64,000 bases of DNA from Candidatus Fraserbacteria bacterium (GCA_947085185.1 CAMTVK010000003.1:964-64963); one strand, 5' to 3'. Positions 6,763-17,198 are shown, counted from the stretch's first letter. Notes: generated by a model not told the origin, from the sequence alone. Program-made: numbers and translations.

Positions 6763-9700
6763 AGCTCAACACCCCTTCGATCTCTTGATAGATCTGTTCG
6801 TCGGTGAACAAGTGTTGCTGCGCGGCGCCCGACGGACAGGCTGCGACGCACGTGCCGCAGCCCTTGCACAAAGCTTCGTTTATAACCGCGACGCCCTTGT
6901 CGCTGTTGAAGCTGATCGCGCTGAACGGGCAGAGTGGAATACACGTCTTGCATCCGGAGCACAGCTCTTCTTGGATGAACGCGGTGTTGGGCTCCAGCTC
7001 GACGAAGCCCCGGTCTATAAGCGAAAGGACTTCGGCGGCTGCCGCGCCCGCTTGAGCTACTGTGTCTTGGATGTCTTTAGGCCCTTGACACGCCCCAGCG
7101 ATGAAGATGCCATCGGCGAACGTCTGCACGGGAGCGAGCTTGGGGTGTCGCTCCAAGAAGAAGCCGCCCGTCCCACACGAGATATAGAATTTTCTTCGGA
7201 CCTCGTCGGCATCGGCCTGGGGCTCCAGCCCCACAGCGAGCACCACCATATCGACGGGGATTCTTCTGATGACCCCGATGAGCGTATCTTCGGCGCGAAT
7301 GACGAGCTTGCCCTCTTCTTCAGGGGTCATAGCGTGATCGGTGACTTCGGCGACCCGCCCACGAATGAAGTGGATCCCCTCTTCGAGCATGCGATCGTAG
7401 AACTCTTCGTAGGCCTTGCCGGGAACGCGCATGTCAATGTAGAAGTTATAGACTTCCGCGCCGGTGCGCTCTTTGATTAAGTGCGCGAGCTTGAGCGAGT
7501 AGAGACAACAGACACGCGAGCAGTACGAGTTATAGTTTCTATCGCGCGAACCCACACAGTGAATGATCCCGACGGCTTTGGGTTTTCTGCCGTCGCGCAG
7601 CCGGATCTCCCCTCCGGTTGGCCCGGAGGCGTTGGTCATGCGCTCGACTTCCAAAGCTGTGTAGACGTTGGGATATTTCCCGTAGCCGTAGCGCGGGATT
7701 CTGCGAGCGTCGAAGGGTTTGAAGCCCGTCGCTAAGATGATCGAGCCTACGACGATCTCGCGAATTTCGTCCTCCATCTCGTAGTTGATCGCCTTGGCTT
7801 CGCAGACTGTCGCGCAGAGACGACAGTCACAACAGATGCCACAATCGAGACAGCGCTTCGCTTCAGCAATCGCGAGCTCTTGAGTGTAGCCCGTGTGGAC
7901 TTCGTCGAACGTGCGGCGGCGCGCCAGCTCAATCGTGGGCATGGGGATCTGCTTCTGCACGGGAACTCCGCTGGTGTCGAGAGCATATTCGGTGCGATAG
8001 GGGCCCTCGCGCTCGCGCCCCGCGCGCATATCGAAGTTATTGAGATAGCGATCAATAGAGATCGCAGCTTTCTTGCCGGCGTACATCGCATTGACGACGA
8101 CGTCGGGTCCCGTCACGCAATCGCCACCGGCGAAGATCTTGGGAATATTCGTCTCCAGCGTCACGTCGTCGACTTTGAATGTGCCCCACTTGGTCGTCTC
8201 AATGCCAAGTTTCTCACCGAGAGAGGCGATATCTGGGACCTGCCCAATGGTGACGATAATCGCGTCACAAGAGAGCACGAACTCCGAGCCGGGGATCGGC
8301 TCTGGAGCAGGGCGTCCTGAAGCGTCAGGCGCACCGAGCTTCATCCTGAGACACTCCAGTGCCGTCACTCCTGTCTCTTTGTTCCCCAAGACCATCTTGG
8401 GGGCTGCTAAGAAGACCATCTTGACGCCCTCTTCTTCGGCAGCTTCGATCTCCTTGGGATCAGCGGGCATCTCGGCGCGCGTGCGCCGATAGACGATCGT
8501 CACATCCTCCGCGCCACAACGGAGCGCCGTGCGCGCCGCGTCGAGCGCCGAGTTGCCCCCTCCGATGACTAGAACTTTCTTGCCCAGCTTGAACGGGCCT
8601 TCGAGATTGACTTTTCGCAAGAATTCGATGCCGCCCCAGACGTGGGGCAGGTCTTCACCGGGTATATTGAGTCTGCGCTCGACGTGCGCCCCAATCGCGA
8701 TGAAGACTGCTGCGTACTGCTGGCGCAACTGTTCAAGAGTGATCGCTTTCCCCACGGGAGTATTGGTCTTGATCTCGATGCCGATCTCTTTGAGTCTGTT
8801 TATCTCCTTGTTGATGACGTCGCGCGGGAGCCGGAACGCGGGGATGCCCACCGAGAGCATCCCGCCAGCAACAGGGAGGGCTTCGTAGATGACAGGATGA
8901 TACCCGCGCTGGCGCAGCTCATACGCGCACATCAGCCCGGCTGGCCCTGACCCAACAATCGCAATCTTCTCAGAGCGATTAACAGTGGGCTGCGGGAGCT
9001 TATAGTCGGGGAAGAGATCGGTGACAAAGCGTTTCAGCCCCGGAATATTGAGGGGCTCGTCTACCGTGCCGCGAGTGCAGTGAATAGTGCACGGATGGGT
9101 GCAGATGCGCCCACAGATCGAGGGCAAGGGATTGTCTCGCAGGATCACATCGAGGGCTTCTTTGAATTTCCCGTGCGCGATAAGAGTGATATAGCCCTGG
9201 GCGTTCTGATGAATGGAGCAGGCGGCTTGGCAGGGGGGCGTGCCCCGGCGCGAGATCGTGAAGACATTGGGCACGGCTTGTGGGAAGGGACGGTAGATCG
9301 CTTTGCGCATCCCAAGCCCTTCGTCGAACTCCGAAGGGAGCGTGACTGGACAGACATCAGCACACAGGGCGCACCCCGTACACGTATCTTCGTTGACGTA
9401 GCGCGCCTTGCGCCGGATTCTCACTTTAAAATTTCTCAGGTCGTATGGCTCGACAGACTCGACTTCAGAATACGTCAGAAGCTCGATATTGGGGTGGACG
9501 CGCACTTGGGTCATCTTGGGGGTGAGAATACACGCGGCGCAATCGAGCGTGGGGAAGCACTTGTCAAATTGCGCCATGTGTCCCCCAATGGTGGGCTGGC
9601 GCTCGACAAGATAGACTTTCTTGCCGGCGTCGGCGATCTTGAGTGCTGCTTCGATGCCGGCAATGCCCCCGCCTACGATCAGAACGTGCGGATGGACAGG

Positions 9701-10141
9701 GACGCGCTTCTTCTCTAAGGGCTGATGGACTGCCACACGGCGCACCGCCGCGGCGATGAGCGCTTTGGCTTTCTCTGTCGCATGGTACCCGTCAGCAGTG
9801 ACCCAGCTCACATGCTCACGAATATTGGCCATCTGGAAGAAGAACGGGTTCTGCCCGCCCTCAGCGGTCGCTCGTCGAAAAGTCGCTTCGTGCATCAGCG
9901 GGGAACACGAAGCGACCACGACGCGATTGACTTTCCCTGCGCGCAGGTCTTGTTGGATCAGCTCTTGGCCGGGGTCAGAACACATAAATTTGTACTCGCG
10001 AGCGACCGTGACGAACGGCAATTTTTGCGCGAACTCGACGACCTCAGCAATGTTGACTTTCGCAGCGATGTTGACGCCGCAGTGACAGACATAGACGCCG
10101 ATCTTGGGCGCACCGTCGGTCTCAAGCATGGGCACGGGCAC
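6755..10141 (-). CDS. hdrA: HdrA-like flavoprotein with inserted GltD-like NAD(P)H-binding oxidoreductase module (HdrL-type, 1128 aa)
   Basis: N-terminal HdrA domain (VCHCG), FAD fold GGGIAGIEAA, ferredoxin CTGCALCADVCP, GltD-like CxxC…C region, two Rossmann motifs (IVGSGPAG; VIGGGNSALD), return to HdrA Cys clusters (HCVGSRD, CSRVCC) and C-terminal 2x[4Fe-4S]. Confidence 0.85.
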   Translation of the reverse strand: MPVPMLETDGAPKIGVYVCHCGVNIAAKVNIAEVVEFAQKLPFVTVAREYKFMCSDPGQELIQQDLRAGKVNRVVVASCSPLMHEATFRRATAEGGQNPFFFQMANIREHVSWVTADGYHATEKAKALIAAAVRRVAVHQPLEKKRVPVHPHVLIVGGGIAGIEAALKIADAGKKVYLVERQPTIGGHMAQFDKCFPTLDCAACILTPKMTQVRVHPNIELLTYSEVESVEPYDLRNFKVRIRRKARYVNEDTCTGCALCADVCPVTLPSEFDEGLGMRKAIYRPFPQAVPNVFTISRRGTPPCQAACSIHQNAQGYITLIAHGKFKEALDVILRDNPLPSICGRICTHPCTIHCTRGTVDEPLNIPGLKRFVTDLFPDYKLPQPTVNRSEKIAIVGSGPAGLMCAYELRQRGYHPVIYEALPVAGGMLSVGIPAFRLPRDVINKEINRLKEIGIEIKTNTPVGKAITLEQLRQQYAAVFIAIGAHVERRLNIPGEDLPHVWGGIEFLRKVNLEGPFKLGKKVLVIGGGNSALDAARTALRCGAEDVTIVYRRTRAEMPADPKEIEAAEEEGVKMVFLAAPKMVLGNKETGVTALECLRMKLGAPDASGRPAPEPIPGSEFVLSCDAIIVTIGQVPDIASLGEKLGIETTKWGTFKVDDVTLETNIPKIFAGGDCVTGPDVVVNAMYAGKKAAISIDRYLNNFDMRAGREREGPYRTEYALDTSGVPVQKQIPMPTIELARRRTFDEVHTGYTQELAIAEAKRCLDCGICCDCRLCATVCEAKAINYEMEDEIREIVVGSIILATGFKPFDARRIPRYGYGKYPNVYTALEVERMTNASGPTGGEIRLRDGRKPKAVGIIHCVGSRDRNYNSYCSRVCCLYSLKLAHLIKERTGAEVYNFYIDMRVPGKAYEEFYDRMLEEGIHFIRGRVAEVTDHAMTPEEEGKLVIRAEDTLIGVIRRIPVDMVVLAVGLEPQADADEVRRKFYISCGTGGFFLERHPKLAPVQTFADGIFIAGACQGPKDIQDTVAQAGAAAAEVLSLIDRGFVELEPNTAFIQEELCSGCKTCIPLCPFSAISFNSDKGVAVINEALCKGCGTCVAACPSGAAQQHLFTDEQIYQEIEGVLSYV

Positions 10142-11012
10142 CTCCTCTGGCAGCGGGCAGGGTCAAGGGAATCAAGAGCCGATGCAAGCCGAGCTGACGC
10201 TCCGGCACTCCCAACGCCAGCCCTACTAGTTGCGTGAAGTAAACAACCGGGATTTCTAAGCGCTCTTTGAATTGCTTGCTCATCTTGTCTTGGTAGCACT
10301 CGAGGTTGAACTGGCAAAGCGGGCACGCTGTCGCGACGACGTCCGCACCACGCTTGAGCGCTTCTTTCAAGAGAATATAGCTGAGCGGCACGCCGACTTC
10401 GGGGATCGTGCCCATGAGGCTGCCGCCGCAGCAGCGCGTCTTCAAGGGCCACTCTACCGTCTCGGCCCCGAGCGCCCGCATGAGCCGATCCATCGTCGTC
10501 GGATTGACTTGATCGTCGAACGCTGCGTAGGGACGTACGATCTGACAGCCGTAGTAGCACGCGACCTTCAGCCCTTCCAAGGGCCGGCGCACTCCCTTGG
10601 CAATCGTCTGAACACCGATCTCGTTGATGAGAATATCTAAGGGATGCCGAACGTGCACCGTGCGGGAGTAGCTCAAATGCGCTGCTTGCAGTGCCCTATC
10701 GAGGGTGCGGCTCACTTCAGAGTATTCTTCAAGATAATGCTGTGTCTTGGAGAGCACAAGGTAGCACCCACTGCAGGGGGCCATGAGCGTGGGGCTGTCT
10801 TGGCCTTGGCGCTCGGCGAGCGCTAAGTTTCTCGCAGCCAGCGCAAAGGACTTCATCTCATCTATGGCCATGTAAGCCGTTGCTCCGCAGCAGTTCCAAT
10901 CTTCCAGCTCGTCCACCTCAGCGTTGAGCGCCTCAAACACGGCTAAGACCGATTCTTCATATGCCCGGTTGGTGCCCTTGAGGGAGCATCCGGGATAGTA
11001 GAGATACTTCAT
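10122..11012 (-). CDS. hdrB: Heterodisulfide reductase subunit B (two CCG domains)
   Basis: MKYLYYPGCSL start, CCG…C motifs (NCCGA, CYYGC, RCCGG). Confidence 0.85.
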   Translation of the reverse strand: MKYLYYPGCSLKGTNRAYEESVLAVFEALNAEVDELEDWNCCGATAYMAIDEMKSFALAARNLALAERQGQDSPTLMAPCSGCYLVLSKTQHYLEEYSEVSRTLDRALQAAHLSYSRTVHVRHPLDILINEIGVQTIAKGVRRPLEGLKVACYYGCQIVRPYAAFDDQVNPTTMDRLMRALGAETVEWPLKTRCCGGSLMGTIPEVGVPLSYILLKEALKRGADVVATACPLCQFNLECYQDKMSKQFKERLEIPVVYFTQLVGLALGVPERQLGLHRLLIPLTLPAARGGARAHA

Positions 11013-11656
11013 GGGCGGGCCACCTCCCCATGACGGCGGACCTCGCGTGCAAGCTGCTCGACAAATGCCGTGGCTTTGGCCGCGTCCACCGCTCGCAAGA
11101 GCTGATCGATCTGAGACGCATCTTTGACGGCTTCTGCATGCAAGCTGAATCGGCCCGTTCTGAGCAGTTTCAACCCCAAGCGAGCATGACTCAGAATCTT
11201 GAGGGGATTGGTCTTGGCGTAGAGCCTCAAGACCAAGCGGCTCTCGGTGTTGCGCCCTCGCCGCCGGACGGCTTCAAAGAACTCCTGAGCGATGACAGCC
11301 ACAGGAAGGCGCTTAGGGAGAGCTCCTTCTTGGATGGCCCGTTGCTTCAGCTCGGCCATAAAATCCGTGATCTTGATCTTTCTGGGGCACTCGACGGCGC
11401 AAGCGTAGCACGACGCGCACAGCCAGATCGTGAAGCTATGCAAGACTTCTTCTTTGAAGCCGGCGCGGGTCATGGCGATGATCTTCCGCGGGGAGTAGTC
11501 CATATAGGGGCTCAAGGGGCAAGTGCCGCTACAGGTGCCGCACTGGATGCACGCGAAGAGGGCACGCCCCCCAGGCATGGAGGCGACCTCCTCGGGGAAC
11601 TTGAGATCGAGCTCCGCTTCGTATCGGAACCGTGGCCACGATCGCCACTCGTTCAT
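11009..11656 (-). CDS. hdrC: Heterodisulfide reductase subunit C (2x[4Fe-4S] ferredoxin)
   Basis: CIQCGTCSGTCP and CASCYACAVECP motifs; GGAGG RBS; ATGA overlap with hdrB. Confidence 0.8.
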   Translation of the reverse strand: MNEWRSWPRFRYEAELDLKFPEEVASMPGGRALFACIQCGTCSGTCPLSPYMDYSPRKIIAMTRAGFKEEVLHSFTIWLCASCYACAVECPRKIKITDFMAELKQRAIQEGALPKRLPVAVIAQEFFEAVRRRGRNTESRLVLRLYAKTNPLKILSHARLGLKLLRTGRFSLHAEAVKDASQIDQLLRAVDAAKATAFVEQLAREVRRHGEVARP

Positions 11657-11861
11657 CTGGAGCCTCCTTTCAGCCTCGGTCTCTCTCTACAGATGACTAT
11701 ATAGATTGTAGGGCTTCCCCTCAGTAGAAGGCCATGATGGACGACAGCTCGCTCTATGATCTTAGGCAAGAGGCTGACCAAGATCAGACCCCTAGGCGTC
11801 CCCGGTCATGGCATCTTTGGGTGCTCTTGTCTATAGTGGGTTCAAGAAGGGAGAGTCATCT

Positions 11862-14153
11862 ATGGCGCTCCGAGAAGATGCGTTAGAGTACCACAGCCGA
11901 CGACCAGCGGGCAAGCTCGAGATCACACCGACCAAGCCCTGTCTCACCCAGCGCGATCTGTCATTGGCCTACACCCCCGGTGTGGCCGAGCCCTGCTTAG
12001 AGATCCACAAGAACCCCGAAGATGCGTTCAAGTACACGACCAAGGGGAACTTAGTCGCGGTCATCACCAACGGCACAGCCGTCTTGGGGTTGGGCAATAT
12101 CGGCGCTTTGGCGGGCAAGCCCGTCATGGAGGGCAAGGCCCTGCTCTTCAAGCGCTTCGCTGACATCGATTCTATAGACCTAGAAGTGAACACCGAAGAC
12201 CCAGATCTCTTCATCCAGACCGTCAAACTCTTGGAGCCCACGTTTGGCGGGATCAATTTAGAAGACATCAAAGCCCCGGAGTGTTTCTATATCGAAGAGA
12301 CCCTCAAAAAACAGATGAACATCCCGGTCTTTCACGACGACCAACACGGCACAGCGATCATTTCCGGCGCAGCGTTGATGAACGCACTGGAATTAGTCAA
12401 TAAGAAGCTCTCCGAAGTCAAGATCGTCTTTAGCGGGGCAGGGGCTTCAGCCATCGCCACGGCGAGGTTTTATGTGCTGCTGGGGGCTAGAAGAGAAAAT
12501 ATTATTATGTGCGATACCCGTGGGGTAATCTATCAAGGACGCGAAGAGGGCATGAACCCGTACAAAGCCGAGTTCGCAGCGCAGACCAAAGCGCGCACCC
12601 TCGCCGAAGCTCTGGTAGACGCCGATGTCTTCGTGGGGCTGTCGGGGCCCAACACCGTCACCAAAGAGATGCTCAAGAAGATGGCGAAAAAGCCCATTAT
12701 CTTTGCCATGGCCAACCCCAACCCCGAAATCCCATACCACGACGCCAAAGCCGCGCGCCCCGACGCGATCGTCGCCACCGGACGAAGTGACTTCCCCAAC
12801 CAAGTCAATAACGTCTTGGGATTTCCGTTCATATTCCGTGGCGCCCTAGACGTGCACGCCATCCAAATCAACGAAGCGATGAAGATCGCCGCGGCAAAAG
12901 CCCTCGCGGCGCTCGCCCGCGAAGACGTGCCCGACTCGGTCGTTAAGGCCTATGGGTTAGAATCCCTGCACTTTGGGCCGGATTATATCATCCCCAAGCC
13001 GTTGGACTCCCGCGTGTTGCTCTGGGAGGCCCCAGCAGTGGCCCAAGCGGCCATGGAGACCGGCGTGGCGCGCATCCAGATCGATCTTGAAAAATATAAA
13101 GAACAGCTGGAATCCCGACTGGGCAAGGCCCGCGAGATGATGCGCATTATCATCAATAAAGCTCGGGCCAACCCCAAACGGATCGTCCTCGCTGAGGGCG
13201 AGCACGAAAAGATGATCCGCGCTGCGTATCAGTTGGTCTTCGAGCGCATTGCCAAGCCCATCCTCTTGGGCGATGCCCAAACGATTCGCACTCGGGCCCA
13301 GGCGCTCCAGATCAATCTCAACGGCATCGAAGTGATCGACCCGCGCACCGACGCGCGCCGCGAACGCTACGCCCAGAGACTCTACGAGCTGCGCTGTCGC
13401 AAGGGCGTGGCGCTCACCGAAGCGCACGAGCTCATCACTCGCCCCAATTACTTCGCGGCGGTCATGGTCGAGGTGGGCGATGCCGACGGCATGATCGCCG
13501 GACTGGGCTTTCATTATCCGGAGGGGCTGCGCCCGATCTTGCAGATCATCAAGACCTGTCCCGACTGCAAGACCATTGCTGGGGCGTATCTCATCACGCT
13601 GAAGAACAGAGTCTTGCTCTTTGCCGACGCGACAGTGAACGTCGAGACTGATGCAGAAAAGCTTGCCGAGATCGCGGTCTTGACGGCGCGCTTGGCGCGA
13701 GATTTCGATATTGAGCCGCGCATTGCGATGCTGTCGTATTCTGACTTTGGCAGCGTGCGCCATGCCCGCACCGAAAGGGTTCGCCAAGCTGTCGAGCTGG
13801 TGCGTCAGCGCGATCCCAACTTGATCGTCGACGGCGAGATGCAAGCCGACACTGCGCTCATCCCCGAGATCCTCAACGGTGGGTATCCGTTCAACAGACT
13901 GAAAGAACCTGCCAATATCTTGATCTTCCCCAATCTAGAATCGGGCAATATTAGCTATAAGCTTGTGCAGTGTCTGGCCAACGCGGAGATCGTGGGTCCG
14001 ATCTTGATCGGGACGCGCAAGCCGGCTCACGTGTTGCAGCGCTACCACGAAGTGAAAGACATTGTCAATCTTGCAGCGATCGCGGTCGTCCAGGCCCAAC
14101 AGTTAGAGGAGTCCGTCAAAGGGTGTTGTCCAGACTCACTTGTAGTGCTCTAG
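11862..14153 (+). CDS. maeB: NADP-dependent malic enzyme (malic enzyme + phosphotransacetylase-like domain)
   Basis: Colinear with MaeB pattern (…[11 protein letters not shown]…LAYTPGVA…); start at ATG 11862 after AAGGGAGAG RBS rather than ORF-track 11808. Confidence 0.9.
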   Translation: MALREDALEYHSRRPAGKLEITPTKPCLTQRDLSLAYTPGVAEPCLEIHKNPEDAFKYTTKGNLVAVITNGTAVLGLGNIGALAGKPVMEGKALLFKRFADIDSIDLEVNTEDPDLFIQTVKLLEPTFGGINLEDIKAPECFYIEETLKKQMNIPVFHDDQHGTAIISGAALMNALELVNKKLSEVKIVFSGAGASAIATARFYVLLGARRENIIMCDTRGVIYQGREEGMNPYKAEFAAQTKARTLAEALVDADVFVGLSGPNTVTKEMLKKMAKKPIIFAMANPNPEIPYHDAKAARPDAIVATGRSDFPNQVNNVLGFPFIFRGALDVHAIQINEAMKIAAAKALAALAREDVPDSVVKAYGLESLHFGPDYIIPKPLDSRVLLWEAPAVAQAAMETGVARIQIDLEKYKEQLESRLGKAREMMRIIINKARANPKRIVLAEGEHEKMIRAAYQLVFERIAKPILLGDAQTIRTRAQALQINLNGIEVIDPRTDARRERYAQRLYELRCRKGVALTEAHELITRPNYFAAVMVEVGDADGMIAGLGFHYPEGLRPILQIIKTCPDCKTIAGAYLITLKNRVLLFADATVNVETDAEKLAEIAVLTARLARDFDIEPRIAMLSYSDFGSVRHARTERVRQAVELVRQRDPNLIVDGEMQADTALIPEILNGGYPFNRLKEPANILIFPNLESGNISYKLVQCLANAEIVGPILIGTRKPAHVLQRYHEVKDIVNLAAIAVVQAQQLEESVKGCCPDSLVVL

Positions 14154-14836
14154 GGGCGAAGCACCAAGGGGAGCAGTTCTATAAAGAGTGCCGTCCCTAA
14201 GATGATGCTTGCCAGTCCTGCAACAGCCCTGATTCCCCATTGCCAGCGTGCTGCCCAGATGATCGGGAGGCCGATTGCGGTGCTGACCACAAGCATCCCT
14301 ACAATAGACCCTATCCCGAAGACGAGAATATAGAGCACGCCGGCCCAGAGGGAATCGACCGTGCTCAGCACCGACAGCATGACCGCGGCGCTGCCCGCCA
14401 ACCCATGCGCCATCCCCACCACCAGGGGGCGCAGAGCCAAGCGACTCCTATGAAAATGTTCATGGCTGTCTGAGCTCTCATGAGCGTGCACGTGCCAATG
14501 CTCTAGCTCACCGTGCCGGTGCACGTGCGCGTGAACGCGACGGCGGCGCAGATCCCACAACACAGAAAGCCCCAGGCCGATCAGGACTACTCCAACGAAC
14601 AACTCAAAGACCAGAGCAACGCGCTCGGGGATGGCGAGCTTGAACGCCAGCATGGCTATGCCCACACCTAAGAGCGTCGTCGTATGCCCTAGCCCCCACA
14701 AGGCCCCTATCAATGAAGCTCGCGAGAGCCGACGATGCTGACTCACAATAGTCGAGACCGCAACTACGTGATCGGCATCGAGGGCGTGCTTGAGCCCCAA
14801 CAGAAATCCCAGCCCCATCAGGGCAAGCCAGGTCAT
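14150..14836 (-). CDS. Nickel/cobalt transporter (NicO/RcnA/NiCoT-like) with His-rich loop
   Basis: LKHALDADH signature, His-rich [28 protein letters not shown], 6 TM; start ATG overlaps panB stop (ATGA). Confidence 0.7.
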   Translation of the reverse strand: MTWLALMGLGFLLGLKHALDADHVVAVSTIVSQHRRLSRASLIGALWGLGHTTTLLGVGIAMLAFKLAIPERVALVFELFVGVVLIGLGLSVLWDLRRRRVHAHVHRHGELEHWHVHAHESSDSHEHFHRSRLALRPLVVGMAHGLAGSAAVMLSVLSTVDSLWAGVLYILVFGIGSIVGMLVVSTAIGLPIIWAARWQWGIRAVAGLASIILGTALFIELLPLVLRP

Positions 14837-15714
14837 GCACGCCTCCCTTCTTGTGATCTCATGAGTTTTTCTAACTCCCCCTCGGCCATACTGTAAAAAT
14901 GCTCCGGTTGCGGGAATTTTTTGGTCTTCACTTCCTCCCGATAGCGCGAGAACGCTTCTAATAAGATCGGACTGAGATTCGCATAGCGTTTGACGAACTT
15001 GGGCGTGAAGCGCTCGAACATCCCGATCATGTCGTGGACGATCATCAGCTGGCCGTCCACATCTTTGCCGCTCCCTAAGCCGTAGACGGGGATCTTCACA
15101 CGCTCGTGAATGATCTTGGCTACCGGGGCTGGGACGCACTCTAAGAGTATAGCGAACGCCCCGGCTTCTTCGAGGGCCTCGGCGTCGGCGATCAATCTTT
15201 GGGCTGTTTGGGCATCGCGCCCTTGGGCTTTGTAGCCGCCCAACTGGGTGTACGATTGCGGCGTTAAGCCAATGTGTCCCATCACGGGGATGCCCGCGTC
15301 GGTGATCGCCCTCACGACAGGGGCCATGCGCGCCCCGCCTTCTAACTTGACGGCATCGGTGCCGCATTCCGCCATAAAGCGCCCGGCATTTCGGATCGCT
15401 TCTTCTTTGGAGATCTGATAGCTCATATAGGGCATATCTCCGATCACAAAAGCGTACTTGACAGCGCGACAGACGGCTGCCGTAAACGTAATCATCACGT
15501 CCATCGTGACGGGCAGCGTCGTTTGATAGCCGAGCATGGTCATGCCGAGCGAGTCCCCTACTAAGATCATGTCGATGCCGGCGCGGTCCATCAGGAGCGC
15601 TGTGGGGTAATCATAGCACGTGAGCCAACTGACGGGCTCTTTGTTCGCCTTCATCTCGTAGAGCTTGGGAATGGTGATCTTCTCGCGATCGGGCTTGTGG
15701 GGTGTGGGTGCCAT
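14833..15714 (-). CDS. panB: 3-methyl-2-oxobutanoate hydroxymethyltransferase
   Basis: Colinear PanB pattern (…LTCYDYPTA…GDSLGMT…). Confidence 0.9.
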   Translation of the reverse strand: MAPTPHKPDREKITIPKLYEMKANKEPVSWLTCYDYPTALLMDRAGIDMILVGDSLGMTMLGYQTTLPVTMDVMITFTAAVCRAVKYAFVIGDMPYMSYQISKEEAIRNAGRFMAECGTDAVKLEGGARMAPVVRAITDAGIPVMGHIGLTPQSYTQLGGYKAQGRDAQTAQRLIADAEALEEAGAFAILLECVPAPVAKIIHERVKIPVYGLGSGKDVDGQLMIVHDMIGMFERFTPKFVKRYANLSPILLEAFSRYREEVKTKKFPQPEHFYSMAEGELEKLMRSQEGRRA

Positions 15715-15744
15715 AAATATCTGCCTCCTTCTTTTTCCATGGGT

Positions 15745-15773
15745 TTGGCTTGTGCACAGTCACGTGCTATACT
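15745..15773 (+). promoter_or_regulatory. Promoter TTGGCT-N17-TATACT for hicB; ATG 7 nt downstream (leaderless)
   Basis: Hexamers seen; hicB ATG at 15780. Confidence 0.4.
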
Positions 15774-15779
15774 TAAAGT

Positions 15780-16034
15780 ATGGCAAGCAAGAAGCGCGAA
15801 CGGATCACATATCTGGTCACGCTGCGTGAGGCCGAGGAAGGGGGCTACACCGTTGAAGTGCCGGCTCTGCCCGGCTGCGTCTCCGAAGGCGCGACCTATG
15901 AGGAGGCGTTGGCAAACATCCGCGAAGCGATCGTTGCTTACCTTGCAGAGCTGGGCGACGAACTGAACCCTCGAGCGCGCGTGATGATCACCGCAGTCGA
16001 AGTGGAGGTGCCAGCTCTGCCAGTCCATGCCTGA
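15780..16034 (+). CDS. hicB: HicB-family antitoxin
   Basis: 84 aa, …GGYTVEVPALPGCVSEGATYEEALANIREAI… HicB fold signature. Confidence 0.75.
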   Translation: MASKKRERITYLVTLREAEEGGYTVEVPALPGCVSEGATYEEALANIREAIVAYLAELGDELNPRARVMITAVEVEVPALPVHA

Positions 16035-16251
16035 CAAGCTGCCCCAGGTTTCGGGCCAGCGAGCTGCCCAGGCTTTTGTGCGCGCAGGCTGGGTCATCCG
16101 TGAAGAAGGTCCGCACATCATCTTGACTAAGGCGGGAGTGCGATACAATCTCTCCGTGCCCAACCATCGCCAGCTCAAGAGGGGCACGCTGCGCAGTTTG
16201 ATTCGCAAAGCCGGCTTGACCGTTGAGGAGTTCATACGATTGCTTCCCTAG
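16027..16251 (+). CDS. hicA: HicA-family mRNA interferase toxin
   Basis: 74 aa, basic YcfA/HicA-like (…GWVIREEGPHIILTK…); 8-bp overlap with hicB. Confidence 0.75.
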   Translation: MPDKLPQVSGQRAAQAFVRAGWVIREEGPHIILTKAGVRYNLSVPNHRQLKRGTLRSLIRKAGLTVEEFIRLLP

Positions 16252-17198
16252 GGTTTGGGGATCGCGAGATCTTTCGTCCCCGGCTCGGACATTATCGCTT
16301 CGGGGTAGTTCTCTTGAATGAGCTCGTGAATGATCTGGGCGTATTTCACTTTCTCGCGGGCCATGTCAGCTAAGAGTTGAGGGCTCGTCCAGGGCTTATA
16401 GAGTGCTCCCGGTCCAGCGGCGCACGCCGGCCCGTGCTCGATCTTAAAATAGCACGGCGCACAGACGCGCACCATCTCCGGGGCATCGTAAAACCGCAAA
16501 TAGCCCCCAAAGGACTCGGTCAAAATAATATGCAAGTCCATGGGGATGTCAATCGCTTTCCGAATAGAAGCAAGCTGGGGCAACGACAAATCTGCGATAG
16601 GGTTGAACGTCCCCGCGCCGAGCATCTGTAAGACTTTGCCCCCGGCAGCATTGGCGTGCCCCGCGTAGATCGAGACTTTGAACGTCACGTCCTTGGGGAT
16701 ATCGCCCTTCTGTTTGAGCTCATTTAAGAGCCACAAGAGTCCTTCGTCAATCACCAAAAACCCCCGAAAGCCCAGCTCTATCGCACGAAAGATATCTGAG
16801 ATCACGGCGCGCAATTGATCCGAGCCGCGAAATCTCAGTCCCGAAAACGCCCCTTCGGAGGTTACTAATTGTCTGCCTGTGTCCCATGCCGAGCGCGGCC
16901 CTGGGGTGAGAATGACTTCGAGCTTCGCTTGCGCGGCAAGCTTGGCAAACTCTTTCAGCTCTTTTCTGTCCAAGAGCGTCGCGCCCATCACGACTGAAAT
17001 AACTCTGTGAATGGGCATCTTGCGCTTTGTGCTCTCGTCAATGAGCGCTTCGAGCACGCCCACACGCTCGACCCCGGAGATCTCCATGCGATACTGTGCT
17101 CCGTCGGGGAAGCGTTTCTCGCTCGTGGGCAGATCATACGCGTCCCGCCCGGGGATCCCCACGCGCTCCATCATCTTGGCGACTGTCTCCATCTTCAT
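16248..17198 (-). CDS. Conserved hypothetical protein (316 aa)
   Basis: Long ORF with RBS, coding-like composition; family not recognised by eye. Confidence 0.6.
   Translation of the reverse strand: MKMETVAKMMERVGIPGRDAYDLPTSEKRFPDGAQYRMEISGVERVGVLEALIDESTKRKMPIHRVISVVMGATLLDRKELKEFAKLAAQAKLEVILTPGPRSAWDTGRQLVTSEGAFSGLRFRGSDQLRAVISDIFRAIELGFRGFLVIDEGLLWLLNELKQKGDIPKDVTFKVSIYAGHANAAGGKVLQMLGAGTFNPIADLSLPQLASIRKAIDIPMDLHIILTESFGGYLRFYDAPEMVRVCAPCYFKIEHGPACAAGPGALYKPWTSPQLLADMAREKVKYAQIIHELIQENYPEAIMSEPGTKDLAIPKP

Noticed and set aside
6683-10237. Numerous 60-270-aa ORFs antisense or out of frame to hdrA (e.g. 6683-7480, 9080-9718, 9725-10237)
   Set aside because: These are typical spurious frames in high-GC DNA. 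They are fully contained in a strongly supported 1128-aa gene.
12957-13844. 295-aa ORF antisense to maeB
   Set aside because: It lies inside a confidently assigned gene and has no RBS or recognisable domains.
14837-15367. N-terminal 177-aa extension of ORF 14150-15367
   Set aside because: The extension overlaps panB in another frame and is Arg-rich nonsense. The true start is ATG 14836, with an ATGA overlap on panB.
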